From positions 86,304,001 through 86,368,000 of the forward strand of contig OZ024744.1 in assembly GCA_964016885.1 (NCBI GenBank): DNA of 64,000 bases, read 5' to 3'. The DNA comes from Eledone cirrhosa. Taxonomy: Eukaryota. The notes below the pieces were generated by a model. It saw only the letters and a list, made by a program, of their open reading frames with translations, searched no databases and was not told where the DNA came from. Position numbers and translations under genes: made by a program. Positions 1 to 12,682 of the stretch are shown here, in pieces. Numbering within the stretch: the first letter of the stretch is position 1; every line of letters begins with the position of its first letter.

Positions 1-3000
1 GGTTTTATAGAGCCAGAAAGTGATATAATTCTTTCGGTCAGGAAGTCGCCCAGACAAAGGTGGGCAGGGACATATTTGGAAAATCTGATACAAATGACAC
101 CCGAATGAATTTCCAAAATCCCCGAAAGAGTGCTGGTCGACAACCAGAACTACATCAACATCGTAACTGGGGGGGGGGGGGGGGCGGCGGCAGAAAGCCA
201 CACTGTTTTCCATGTGCAAGCACATCACACCTAAAAGCCTCCTGCCCGTTACAAACAAATATTTAAAAAAAGTACTTTTACCAACACCAACACCAAAACA
301 ATCACCACCACCACCACCACCACAACAACAGACAAAACGAGCAAACACACCAAAACAAACAGCCACTCAACCAACAGCAACAGAAAAAACACAGACAATA
401 CACCTGAAGAACACAGCCCCACCCCATCCCTCTCCATCAAACACTACCACAAACACACACACAGAAACACCACCACCACACAACATACCCCTACCTCATA
501 CTACTGACGATGATTATTCATCGACAGATGAGGCTGCTTCTCCTTCTTTAAGTGAAGAAGAAGGAGAGCCTCGGAAATCTAAAAAACAAAAAAAAAGAGA
601 CACCACAAAACACCCCAAACTCCAATCACCAACACCAACACACAACCACAGACACAAACAACAACACAAACAACACCACGGTCAAACATCGCGCTATCAG
701 CAAAACCAACACCAACACCACCCCAAACACAAGCACCCACCATAAAAAGAAAACTTCCCGACGAACAACAAACTAAAACAACACAACAAAAACACAAACA
801 ACAATACGCATACATCAACACAAACAAAAAGAGTTTGATAGAGGTCATCTCCCAGAATCCCAAAGTGGAGACGGAGGGCAAAACTTTCGTCAAAGCAGAA
901 TTGTCTCCACACCTTAAACTTATAAGGGTTTCTATGGAAACCTATAGTGACCTGAAAAATAAATTTTCACAGGACGTGGGCAACCCCTGCCAGAAACCCA
1001 TCAACCGCGTCCTATTAAAATGTTTCCTCACCCCACCCAACACCCCATCGAGCACCCAAATGGAGTTGAACAACCCGATCTCCAGGAAACGAAAAGGTAA
1101 GTGCACCTTTTCGTCCTTTTTCTCCAAATTTTCTTCACCAACATGGCTAGTTTACGAGTTGGAACTGTGAATGTGCGTGTCCTAGGGATGACCTGGAAAC
1201 AGGGCCAAATTTTAAACGACCTTAGGTCACACGGTATGGATGTGATAGCCATCACCGCGTCCAGGATCCACAACAGGTAGCATCTAACCCCCATCTTCGA
1301 CGACTTTGAGATCTACGCATCGCTGTCAGCCAAGGGGTGGAGGGTGGAGTCATGTTTCGAAGTACAGCAAGTACACTTGGACCCGGAGGGTAAACTGGTA
1401 GTCCTAGACGTGAACAGTATTGGAGGTGGAGCCTTCAGACTGGTGGCCATTTATGCTCCGACCTAGCAATCGCAGTCACGGCCAAACTTCTTTAAGCGTC
1501 TAGAGTCTTTTCTGGGAACATCTCGCTCCTTACTTTCAGTGGGGGACTGGAATGGTATCCTAGATGCACGATGGGACTATGTGGGAACATGTCCCAGTAG
1601 AGCGGGGTGCAACAGCCTCAAAACTTTAATCGGCCAATTCCAACTGGCCGATAGGTATCGACTGGATTTCCCGACTGCACCACAGTGGACGTGGGCAAAG
1701 GCAGCGGGACATCTAGATCGTATTTAGAAAGGTTCTTTATTAGAGAAAGGAACAAGATGTTAAGTTGTCCACGAATGCACATGGCTACTTACTCAGATCA
1801 CAAATTAGTCGTCTGCTTAGTCAACCGTGATAGAATACATAGACAGGGACCCGGATACTGGAAGCTGAACGTGTCGTTGCCGGACGTAAAGCTTACAGTG
1901 AACGGATAAGTAGACTAGTCAAGCAACAGTTAACGGGAGCCATCGTCAACAATAGATGGTGGTACTCTCTCAAGAAAGCAATTAGAATAGAATCGATAGG
2001 GTTTAGCAGAGAGTTAGCCTTAGAGAAAAACAAAATAGAAAGAGAACTAGTAGCCAAGGTAGGGGAGGCACTTAGAAGTGGCAACGCGGCTAGAGTATTA
2101 GCGTCGAGAACGGCACTAGACCAGTTATTCGACGCGAAACATGAAAGCTGCGTGGTCAGAAGCAAAACACGTGCTCTAGGAAACGAAGGAGCGAAAGCTG
2201 TCAGCTGGGCCCGAGTGGCGGAGGCAAAAAGTGGCAACAAGTCCACGACTCGGTCTTTGAAAGACCAAAACGGACGCGTTCTACTTGACTCCAAGCAAAT
2301 GTATGCGGCCTTTCAGCAGCACTTTGCGCGACTGCTTGAGCAGAACGATGGTGAGACGAACGGGGTAATAGATTTTAGTTCATACCTCGACGGTCTGCCG
2401 CGTCTCTCTAACACGAACGCCGAGTTCTGCGAAAGAGAGATCGCGGACACTGAGATACGGGACGCTCTGGGCCGCTGCGGGAAACGCAAGTCACCAGGTC
2501 TAGATGGTCTACCCTATGAGTTTTACATAGGCATGCCGGACTTGTTCTCTGGCGTCCTCTACTGCAATTGACAGGCAAGGGCGCAGTAACGCTGATCAGG
2601 AAAGACGAAAACAAGGGGGACAAATTAACAACTTCAGGCCCATAACTCTGCTCAACACAGAGTTAAAGATTTTGGATAAGGTGCTAGCGATGAGGTTGGC
2701 GCTTGTCGTCGAGAACCTGGTAGGGAAAGCGCAAACGTGTGCAATCCCGACCAGGTACATACACGACAACCTCTACCTCATGCGATACATCATAGAGAGG
2801 GTGGGTAGTAAACCCGGCTTCGGTGGGGCTCTGATCAATTTGGATCACTCTAAGGCATTCGATAGGGTCGATCATCGATACTTGGAAGCGGTTCTGAAGG
2901 CGGCCGGTTTCGGTCCCGGTTTCAGAGGTTGGATCGAGGCGATGCACACCAGCATCTGCGCGAGGGTCAAGATGAACGGCTACCTATCGGAGCCGTTCGC

Positions 3001-4861
3001 AATCACGCATTCCATTCGACAGAGGTGCCCTCTCTCCTCCATTCTGTATGTATTGACTCTAGAGCCACTAATGCGGAAATTGGAGCTGTTGCACGGCATC
3101 CCTCTAGAACCGGGACTGCGCAAAGCGGCGTCGGCTTATGCCGACGAAATAACTGTAATGGCGTCGAGGAACTCGGAAATCAGGGTGATCGGCAACTTAC
3201 TGAAAGAATACCAAACGCTGACGGGAGCAAATCTAAACCCGCACAAGTCTGTCGGTTTGCAACTCGCTACGTGGAGAGGCAAACCGATGACGTCCGATAG
3301 CGTCGTTGGACGCTGGACGGACGGACCGGTGAAATTGCTCGGGGTCTGGTTCGGTCCAGACCTCCAAGTGGACAAAAACTGGAACGAGGTCACGGCCAAG
3401 TTGTTTGCGCTCACCCAGAAGTGGGCAGAGTGCAAACTGTCCTTGAAAGGTCGAGCGGAAGTGGCGAACACTTTCATAGCGTCCGTGCCTGACCCCGTGA
3501 ACACCTCGCCAAGATGGAACGCATGCTCTTCCAGTTTCTGTGGAAGAAGCAGGCTCCGCTGGTGAGGAGTTCCGTCTGCTGTCGGCACCTTTCCAACGGA
3601 GGGCTGAGAATGCCGTGGCTGATGATGCGCAAACATGCGCTGAGGCTGCGGCATCTCCAAGTATTCCTCACCGACCCCCAACCGGTGTGGGCAGCGTTTG
3701 TGAGACAGGCTTTCCCACAGCTCGTCTCGCTGACGGAGCTGCAATCCTGGGTCAAGAAAAGACCGAAAACGATGGGCGCCTGACACATTGAATGCGCTCA
3801 GGCGCTCACAGTCCTCTGGCAAGCGGGCCCAGCAATGAGTGGAGACTCCACTTCGACATTCTATAGAGGGATTGTACGCGACAAGGGCGACGACGTGCTT
3901 GGAGAGACTCTGGGAGTCGACGGCGATGAGCTCACCAGTCTGTTTGAGGGAATTTCCGCCCTGACCTATGGACAACTACCAGAGGTCCCTGGCCTCGCAG
4001 TGCTACCGAGGAGCTCTACCGGTTCGTGACAATATCTACAGGCAAGGACGCCCCGGCAGGGATCCTTCCAAGAGGACGTGTCCAAGATGCGCGCTGTACA
4101 TTGAAACAGTCCTGCACACAATTGTACACTGCCCGGGCGTAACCGACCTGTGGAACTATGCAGAATAACTGCTGTCGCGTATGGGACAAATCCAGTTGAC
4201 TGCCGAGTCCATAGTAAGGATCAAACCGCCAGCCTCTTTCAAAAACGAAAGAGGGGCGGTTTTCCTCTGTACGGTGGCTATGGTGAAAGAAGTTATATTG
4301 TGGACGAGATTGAGAGGAATGAGGACAGATGCCTTTCTCTCCGGAAAACAATTGATTCCTTTCTTTAAGTATCACTTTAGAAGGAGAATCAGAGTGGAGA
4401 GAGAGGCACTGCACCCCAGTAAATTTACTGAAAGTTGGGTGAATGAAGCGAAAATGGTCCGAGTGATTGGGCCTTCTCTGTTTATAAGCCTGTAGGTTAA
4501 AGAAGAGAGCAAAAAGAAGAAAGGAGCACTCGCCCAACACGTTCCTGAAAGTCGCGAGAATGGCCTGTGTGAATTGGCCTTCACTCTACATCAGACTATA
4601 GGTGAGGAAGAGGAAAGATCAAGAGAGCACCCCCTACTGTGCTCCTGAGGAGAAGGGTTGCACACTTTTTTTCGGGGGTGTGTGCGACCCCCCAAGGCGC
4701 CTCCTCCCTATGGAGGATTTTGTTATAAAATTTATTTTGTTATATTGTATTTTATTTTTATACTTTGTTATAGCCTCCTCCATATTGAGGACGCCTCGTT
4801 ATGTAAACTCCCCCATTGTACTTGTCCCACTTTTGATGCCCTGGTGGTAAATAAAAAAAAA
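1..4861 (+). mobile_element. Tx1/L1-clade non-LTR retrotransposon, decayed (ORF1 tail + ORF2 APE-RT, 5' end outside window)
   Basis: ORF1 zinc knuckle CFPCASTSHLKASC (~202-243). ORF2 starts ~1143 (MASLRVGTVNVR), with APE motifs GDWNGILD and YSDHK, GPGYWKLN, KSPGLDGLPYEFY, RT motifs DHSKAFDRVDH and AYADEI, and a C-terminal CPRC...ETVLHTIVHC. Many stops/frameshifts. Ends in an A-tract at ~4850-4861 followed by (TATC)n. Confidence 0.93.
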
Positions 4862-4862
4862 G

Positions 4863-4900
<38 letters not shown>

Positions 4901-5154
4901 GTCTATCTATCTATTTGTCTCTGTATATATAAGTATATTGTGCATATGTATAAGTATATCGTGTATATAAATATATTGTGTATGCTTGTGAGTTGTGTTT
5001 GTTTGTGTCATTGCTTTTGAAATATAACTTTCTTTTTTGTATTTTCTTTTGTCAATTATCGGAGACTTATCAAAACCCTGAGATCTCTTTTAGTGCTCTG
5101 TAAGAAATGGTCTAGGCATTGTACGTTATTCATTTCTTGTAAGCAATTAATCCT

Positions 5155-5345
5155 GTCCTACTGACCATCATAGGCACTGAGCTGGCCAGCCGCAGGTGTG
5201 AGCCCCGCGAGCTGGATCGGCTTTTCCAGCGAGACTTCCTTGCCGTCCTCCGGGGAAACGCCTTCTCCATTCTGTCCACCGGAGCTGTTGGGAGGCCATC
5301 AATTGATTGACTTGTCATTTTATCAGTCAGATGTACTAATAATTA
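5155..5345 (+). mobile_element. 3' tail fragment of a CRE-like (RLE-type) non-LTR retrotransposon
   Basis: Frame from 5161 reads LTIIGTELASRRCEPRELDRLFQRDFLAVLRGNAFSILSTG...*, resembling the FQRLSxAxQRGNAxSIL C-terminal motif of CRE-clade elements. Confidence 0.55.
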
Positions 5346-5362
5346 TATATATATATATATAT

Positions 5363-5920
5363 ATAAAATATTAAAAAAATAATGAATAAAACAATGAAGC
5401 AGTTCTTTATATTAAACAAAAAAAGTTCATTATTTAACGATCGTTTCTAGGACATATATGTGTTAGAATTGGTATGCATATTCAACAGATCTATGTACAA
5501 AATTATACAAAATTATACAAACTATCAAATATAATATACATACCAACACATATATATGCCGTCCTCAGAAATATTATTTCTGAGGACGGCATATGTATGT
5601 GTTGGTATGTATATTATATTTGATAATTTGTATAATTTTGTATAATTTTGTACATAGATCTGTTGAATATGCATACCAATTCTAACACATATATGTCCTA
5701 GAAACGATCGTTAAATAATGAACTTTTTTTGTTTAATATAAGGAACTGTTTCATTGTTTTATTCATTATTTTTTTAATATTTTATCTTGACTCTGTATTC
5801 CGTTTATCTTTCACCGAAAGTGATTTTTGAATGCATCTCTTCTTTCTTTCCATGATATCCGGATTATATTGAGTTCTTCATACGGATTGGACACTACCGT
5901 AAACTCTTGGTAGATTTATC

Positions 5921-5925
<5 letters not shown>
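5363..5925 (+). mobile_element. Penelope-like solo pseudo-LTR with inverted partial copy (palindrome 5363-5785), HHR family A
   Basis: ~210-bp inverted arms centred ~5574, flanked by (TA)n. Homologous to 61808-62002, the 3' LTR of the Penelope remnant at 62-64 kb. Confidence 0.8.
5573..5719 (+). ncRNA. Type I hammerhead ribozyme with 114-nt stem II (mirror copy on - strand, ~5430-5573)
   Basis: ATTATTT-CTGAGGA(5580)-[stem II 5587-5700]-GAAAC-gatc-GTT^-AAATAAT; 7-bp stem I, palindromic stem III. Confidence 0.75.
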
Positions 5926-5958
<33 letters not shown>

Positions 5959-6055
5959 AAAGTTCTATTTAAAATTGTTGGGATGCATACAGCAAGTAAA
6001 TATTTTTATAACTGATATAAAGCACTTGACAAGTATTTGGAGTAGATATACGATA

Positions 6056-6195
6056 TTAATAAATGGAAACTATATTTATAAAACCATATTTATTTCATTA
6101 TTCATATTTCAGGGATACCATAATTTAATTTGGTATCCCTGAAATATGTATAATGAAATAAATATGGTTTTATAAATATAGTTTCCATTTATTAA
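6056..6195. repeat. Near-perfect palindrome, ~65-bp arms, 10-nt loop, between (TA)n tracts
   Basis: 6056-6120 is the reverse complement of 6131-6195. Confidence 0.9.
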
Positions 6196-6198
6196 AAT

Positions 6199-6243
<45 letters not shown>

Positions 6244-6246
<3 letters not shown>

Positions 6247-7168
6247 AGTATGTACACGTACATACATATATGTATACAGACGTACAGTAGTATGTATATA
6301 TACATACATACATGCACACATATATAAATGTACGTATGGATTCACCAAACATTTATTATAATGCTCGGTGTGTTTGTAAACAAACATCCCGTATTAAGCC
6401 GTAGTGTCTAGCAACCATCGTTACTCGTTTGTTCAACACTGACAAAGGAACGCTGTACTAGTTTCAAGCTTATTAGCTATCGTCAGCAACGTATACCTTC
6501 CTGCCAGATTGTTGAACGTATATACTTACCTTATGCATATTAACGGCTGAGTACCCCAATTTGCATATCGAGTGGGTTAATCGGCCGGGTGCACCGAAAA
6601 CGATAAACGGAAAAAATGAAACGAAATTTCATTAACCAATATTAGTACGGCTGTTACTTAAATAAAAGTAAGTACACGTACATACATATATATATACAGA
6701 CGTACAGTAGTATGTATATATATGAAATTTCGTTTCATTTTTTCCGTTTATCGTTTTCGGTGCACCCGGCCGATTAACCCACTCGAAATGCAAATTGGGC
6801 TACTCAGCCGTTAATATGCATAAGGTAAGTATATACGTTCCACAATCTGGCAGGAAGCTATACGTTGCTGACGATAGCTAATAAGCTTGAAACTAGTACA
6901 GCGTTCCTTTGTCCGTGTTGAACAAACGAGCAACGGTGGTTGCTAGACACTACGGCTTAATACGGGATGTTTGTTTACAAACACACCGAGCATTATAATA
7001 AATGTTCGGTGAATCCATACGTACATATATATATGTGTGCATGTATGTATATATATACATACTACTCTATGTCTGTATACATATATGTATGTACGTGTAC
7101 ATACTTATATTTAAGTAACAGCCGTACTAAGAGTGGGAAATGAAATTTTGTTTCATTTTTTCCGTTTA
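6244..7168. mobile_element. Head-to-head pair of ~420-bp HHR-bearing repeat units (retrozyme/pLTR-like, family B)
   Basis: 6244-6721 (-) and 6722-7168 (+) are inverted copies, each slightly longer than one unit (terminal redundancy at 6723 and 7141). HHRs at 6450-6492 (-) and 6862-6904 (+). Confidence 0.82.
6862..6904 (+). ncRNA. Minimal type I hammerhead ribozyme (family B)
   Basis: ACGTTG-CTGACGA-tAGCTaataAGCTt-GAAAC-ta-GTA^-CAGCGT; all three stems form, stem III palindromic (ACTAGT). Confidence 0.88.
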
Positions 7169-8072
7169 TATATATATTCAGGTTTGAGGTTCACCATTGT
7201 ATAGAGCTGGTCTATTCCGTATGGTCAATTTTTTTTTTTTTTTCTTTACTCCTGTCCTTGTGCAGGTATATACATATAGAAATGTTTCATTCCCGTTTAC
7301 AACTACTAGCATCGTTAATCACTGCTCACATGTACTGTTTTCTTAGGTAGAGTGTTCCGATTTTGGCTCTAGACGCCAGATTTTCTATTTGTCTTTACCA
7401 GGTGTGATAACTGTTGTTATGCTTCTAGCTCCATGTCAGTAGTAACAGATGCATACCATGTCCGTCATCACAAGTATAAAAATACTCTCTTGACATGTGT
7501 CCGAACAGGGATGGGCCGAACTTCCACCGTCACCCCCCCCATCTCTCTCGCCCTCCCCATCCCTCTGTAGGGTGAGCAAATGGGGTAGCACGTGTTGGTG
7601 GCCACACTACCCCCCCCCCCCCCCAGCGGGCAGAATGGAGAATACATATCAGAATATGTTGAAAATTTCTAGATGAATTTATGTGTTCGAATACTAGATA
7701 TTTGTCGTTGTATAACCAACGTTCACTACTGACCTAGGAAATCTCTGGTCCTGAGATTCCATGTGTGGCCTTCATTTTAAGTGAGATACGCGTGTTAATT
7801 TTACAATGATCCTAGTTAGCGAGATGTGTTTATTGGTTATTCTTTAATTTATGTGTACTTCACTATAAATTATGGCACCAACTTACAACAAATACAAAAA
7901 CAATCAAGGGCGGTGACTCAGCATGGCCTCAGCCGGATGGCTGGAACTGGCAAAAGAGTAAAAGAGTAACTCAATGAAGGAATAGATATAACATCTAGAA
8001 AATATGATACATTATATATGTATGGGGTGTGTATACGTGTTAACAAATTATAGAGGCAATATATATATATAT

Positions 8073-8212
8073 AACAAAGGACATGTGGTAAGGGACCAGA
8101 TGGACTATAACGCACGAGAGTACTCAATACTTAGAGTAGTAGAGTGGGAAATAGGAAAAAAGTATGACACCGACGGCAGAGCTCAAGCCGTTTCGACGGC
8201 TATTTCTGGACT
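8073..8212 (-). mobile_element. Fragment of HHR-3'-half cassette (family O), homologous to 56389-56529
   Basis: Reverse complement reads AGTCCAGAAATAGCCGTC-GAAAC-GGC-ttgagctct-GCC-GTC-GGTGTC...; flanked by (TA)n. Confidence 0.7.
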
Positions 8213-8239
8213 ATATATATATATATATATATAACTTTG

Positions 8240-11200
8240 ATAAATTTGATAGGTTTCGGCCAGTATTGGCCCAGGCTATGTCTAACTTAATAGCACCACC
8301 TGGTGAAGTCTTACAAATCAGTGTTTGGGCACCATGGCCCACTCAAGTAGAGAGTTATTGTTTACGGAGGCATATCCGGGTGTAGGAGGCTTATCCGGGA
8401 TTTCTTGAAGTAATTTATCCAAAGACTTCTTGAACTTGATGGGGTCTGTCTTTGTTTTGATGTGTTTTGGTGTAATGTTAAAGAAGGGGTGAAATAATTG
8501 TGCCGTAGTGTTATGCAATGCGAGTGGAATTTATGTCGTGGGCGGATAACATGGGGCCTAAGCCTTGGGTGTACACTAAATGTGATGCCAACATCATTTA
8601 GGTTAAGCTGATGGAATATTTTCCACATCATACAGATAATGTAGCGCTCGCGGCGACGTTGAAGTGAATAAAGTTTGAGCTTTTCTAATCGACCCCAATA
8701 GCCAAGGCCTGTCATGCCATCTATCTCTTTTGAAATTGACCTTTGGGGTGCTTCAACTTTCATGATACTTTGTTTCGTGTGGGGTGACCACAGTAGACAA
8801 CAGTATTCAAGGTGGGGTCGGGCAAAAGTGGAGAAGAGAAGGACAACAGTGTGGATATCTCTCGACTGGAAAGTTCTGAGAATCCAGGAACACGTTCTGC
8901 GGGCCATATCAACTTTGCTGTTTATATGAATTGCCCAGCTTATATTGTTGTCCACAATTACTCCCAGGTCTCTGATGTTATTGGAAGCCACTAGAGTTTC
9001 ACCCGAAGGAAGAGAGTATGGTAGTTTCAGGGCATCCTTTTTTTCCAAAGTGGATTAGTTCCAATTTATCCTCATTCAACAGCATATTATTCAATTCTGC
9101 TAATTGGATAACAGCCAGTAGGTCTGACTGAAGGCAAGTCCGGTCACCCACCTCATTGATGACCTTTTGGAGCTTGGGAACATCTACGAAGATTCAGATG
9201 TTGCTGTGTTTGAATATGTCAGTAATTGTTTCTACTTTTGGCACAAGGCCAGCAATTACCCAGTACATTACTAGTACTTTATTTTATCGACCCCGTAAGG
9301 ATGAAAGGCAAAGTTAACCTCGGCGGGATTTGAACTCAGACCGTAAAGGGACGTAACTATGCTGGAAATCATGGCGTCCGACTCTCTACTGATACTGCCA
9401 ATCCACCGCCCTTTGAATATGTCAGTAATGTCATTAATGTAGATGAGGAAAAGAAATGGGCCCAACACAGTGCCTCTTGGGACGCCACGGCTGACTTTGG
9501 CAGGGCTTGAGTTTACTCCTTCGACTACAACATGCTGGGTTCTGCCTGTCAGGAAAAATTTGATCCACTTTAGTAACCTTCCAGAGACACCACCATTGGA
9601 TAGTTTTTTCAGTAGAATCTTATGATCAACCCTGTCGAAGGCCTTGCTGAAATCAAGGTAGATGACATCAGTGTTGGAGCCCTCTCCCAAGGCTCTCAAA
9701 ACATCGTCAAAGTGATGCAGGAGCTGCGTTAGGCAGTCCCTTCCATTACGGAACCCATGTTGGTTGGAGTTCAGCAGGCCATTGCTTTGAAGAAAGTGGG
9801 TTATTCGTGATCTCACCACTCTCTCAAATACCTTGATAATATGAGAGGTGAGTGAGATCGGACGGTAGTTCACTGCAAGGGACTTATTTCCTTTTTTGAA
9901 GACTGGGATAACAGACTGGGACAGAAAGTTTTCAGGAATATAGCCAGTGTCCAGTGAGTTCCTCCACAGATTAGCAAGAGGAGATGCAAGTTGGTGTCGA
10001 TACACCCTCAGGACACAAGCAGGGAATCTGTCGGGGCCTACTGCTGAATTGTGTTTAATTTCGTTTATTACCGCTAAGACATCAGGGGCGCCAAACGTTA
10101 TGTCTGATATAGTGTGTTGGGGCTTAACATCACTGATACGGCCCAGATCGGCCATATCAGGATTGCTGAAAACAGAGCAGTATTGTTACTGCAGTATCTC
10201 GCCCATGGTTTTGGCATTGTCCTGGAGTGTGCCATTTTCATCAACTAGGGGGTCAACAGTGGAAACGGGGACGTTGTGTTTTTTAGCAAATGAGAAGAAC
10301 ACTTTGAGGTTGAGTTTGATTTTCTCAATGGCCCACCTCTCTTCAGCTATTCTCTGGTTATTGATGATGGTCATCATGCATTGCTGGAGGTGATATTTTT
10401 TTTACTCAAGCAGGGTGACAGCCATTGAATGTGTGTGTTGCTGTTGGCAGTATTTTAGTATGTTAAATTTTTTGTGTGTTCTTTTTATTTTTCTGATAAT
10501 TGTTTTTCTGTTTTGGGGATATTGCACTTGGTTTTGTTCACAGGTTTTGGTGGGGTGTGTTTTGTACATATATTTGTGACAGTGTCTACAAAGATCTGCC
10601 AAGATGTTTTGATGTTGGTGGAAGTGTGTGCGTGTGTAAAATACCAGTCGACATGTGATAGTTCGTTCATAATTGCATCCCAGTTGGCATTGTAGAGATC
10701 CATGTTATCAAATGGGTGGGCTGGAGAGAGGACCCTGGGATTAGCTTTCGGCTGGTGGAATCTCAGGTTACAAATAACCATGTCATGGTCTGAGAGAAGG
10801 GTTTTTTCCACTGTAATATTATGTATAATGTTAGTGTGGTTACTAAACACTAGATCCAGAATGTTCTTCTGATGCCTCGTTGGTGTAAGGACAAGTTGGG
10901 ACAAGAAAAACTCATCCATGAAGTCAAGAAGTGACTCGACAGCCTCTTCGTCAGTGGTTGAGTCTGTGGAGCCTGGTTTCAAACTACATGTAGACCAATC
11001 GACACAGGGTAGATTAAAGTCTCCCATCAAAAGTATGTTGCTGGAATGGCACTGTTTAATAAAGCATTTAATACTGTTGAGGCATTCTTTGAAGCAGATT
11101 ATGAGTGTTTGTGGTGGCTTATACAGACCAACTAATGTCAGGTCATTGGCTTTATTGTGCACAGTAACTGATTCACAGTATCCATTAGAGAATGTTGTGT

Positions 11201-11240
11201 TGCCATCTGCCGTAAAAGGAATCATGCAGGAAAATGGCAT
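8240..11240 (-). mobile_element. CR1-clade LINE, 5'-truncated and decayed (APE + RT)
   Basis: APE: LYKPP, MGDFNLP, ILDLVF, SDHDMV. RT: NYRPISLTS, QHGFR, YLDFSKAFDRVDH, GVPRGTVLGPFLFLIYIND. C-terminal RPHLEYC..LWSP and YSLQRRRERY. Interrupted by a SINE. Confidence 0.9.
9227..9411 (-). mobile_element. tRNA-derived SINE inserted in the CR1 RT, 18-bp TSD
   Basis: TTTGAATATGTCAGTAAT is duplicated at 9209-9226 and 9412-9429. A-box-like TGGCAGTATC, B-box GTTCAAATCCC, core GCCTTTCATCCTTACGGGGTCGATAAAATAAA. Confidence 0.92.
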
Positions 11241-11370
11241 CTCCTTCCATTCGAATTAGAAGCTATGAACTTAGCAAGTGAATGATAAACAAGCAAATTA
11301 TAAACGTAAACATGTAAGTATGTTTTTGAAACGGTACGCGAGTTTGAAATTTGAATGGAAGGAGATGGGA

Positions 11371-11441
11371 TGTGTATTGGTGTAATGGTAGCACATTGGT
11401 CTGGATAACCAAAGATGTGGGTTCGACTCCCATGTACGGCA
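11371..11441 (+). pseudogene. tRNA-like sequence (pseudo-tRNA or SINE head; anticodon loop CT-GGA-TA)
   Basis: A box TGGTGTAATGG, anticodon stem TTGGT/ACCAA, T arm GTGGG-TTCGACT-CCCAT; acceptor stem imperfect and variable loop short. Confidence 0.6.
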
Positions 11442-11531
11442 ACACTCATCTTTTTCCATTTCTCCGAGGGTTATAAACCCCACTATCAGGCTAGAAATTT
11501 CTTTAGTCTAAAATACGGTGAAAGCTTATAA

Positions 11532-11610
<79 letters not shown>

Positions 11611-11649
11611 CATATATATATACACATATATATATATACACACATATAT

Positions 11650-11703
<54 letters not shown>

Positions 11704-11818
11704 GTCTATATATACATATATATATATACACACACATATATATATATATACATATATATACATATATATATAAATATATATATACATATATATATATACA
11801 TATATATACATATATATG

Positions 11819-11859
<41 letters not shown>

Positions 11860-11867
<8 letters not shown>

Positions 11868-12314
11868 ATACTTGGGGAGGGTCATATTTGTGTAATATTG
11901 CCAAACAAACAAACAAACAAATAAATAAATAAATATATAGACAGACTGAATTAAAAATGGCGTAGACATACAACACAACAGGAGGAAAAAATATAACACC
12001 ACTGACGATGTTGCAGATGTGCAACGAAAGATTTATGTAAATTATGTAAACTAAACTAAACTATATATATGTGTTTGTGTCTATATTGTATCTGTATTAT
12101 TTTTGACCGTCGGTCAGTCAATGGCAACATTGAGGACCGAGTAAGTTAGATCGCAGATATAAAAGACAGCGAGAAGCGAAAACCAACCAAACAGTGAGTG
12201 TGTTCTGTTATTAATTCTGGCAATATTACACAAATATGACCCTCCCCAGTATAACAATATTTGTTTCGACACACGATTTCATATAAAAAACCTCGCTAAA
12301 CTAATTCATCGCCG

Positions 12315-12316
<2 letters not shown>
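11860..12316. mobile_element. Small non-autonomous element with ~43-bp (sub)terminal inverted repeats
   Basis: TATTGTTATACTTGGGGAGGGTCATATTTGTGTAATATTGCCA (11861-11903) is the reverse complement of 12219-12260. The end GCGGCGATGAATTAGTTT recurs at ~50853. Confidence 0.55.
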
Positions 12317-12397
<81 letters not shown>

Positions 12398-12421
12398 TAT
12401 ATGTATACATATATACATACA

Positions 12422-12534
<113 letters not shown>

Positions 12535-12682
12535 ATATATATGTATATATACACATATATATATACACACATATATATACATACATATATATGTATATAT
12601 ATATATATGTATATGTCTATATATACATATATATATATATATACACACACATATATATATACACACACATATATATATATAT

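Noticed and set aside
3136-3975. 279-aa minus-strand ORF and similar antisense ORFs within the Tx1 elements
   Set aside because: Shadow frames of GC-richer LINE ORF2 sequence with no independent motifs.
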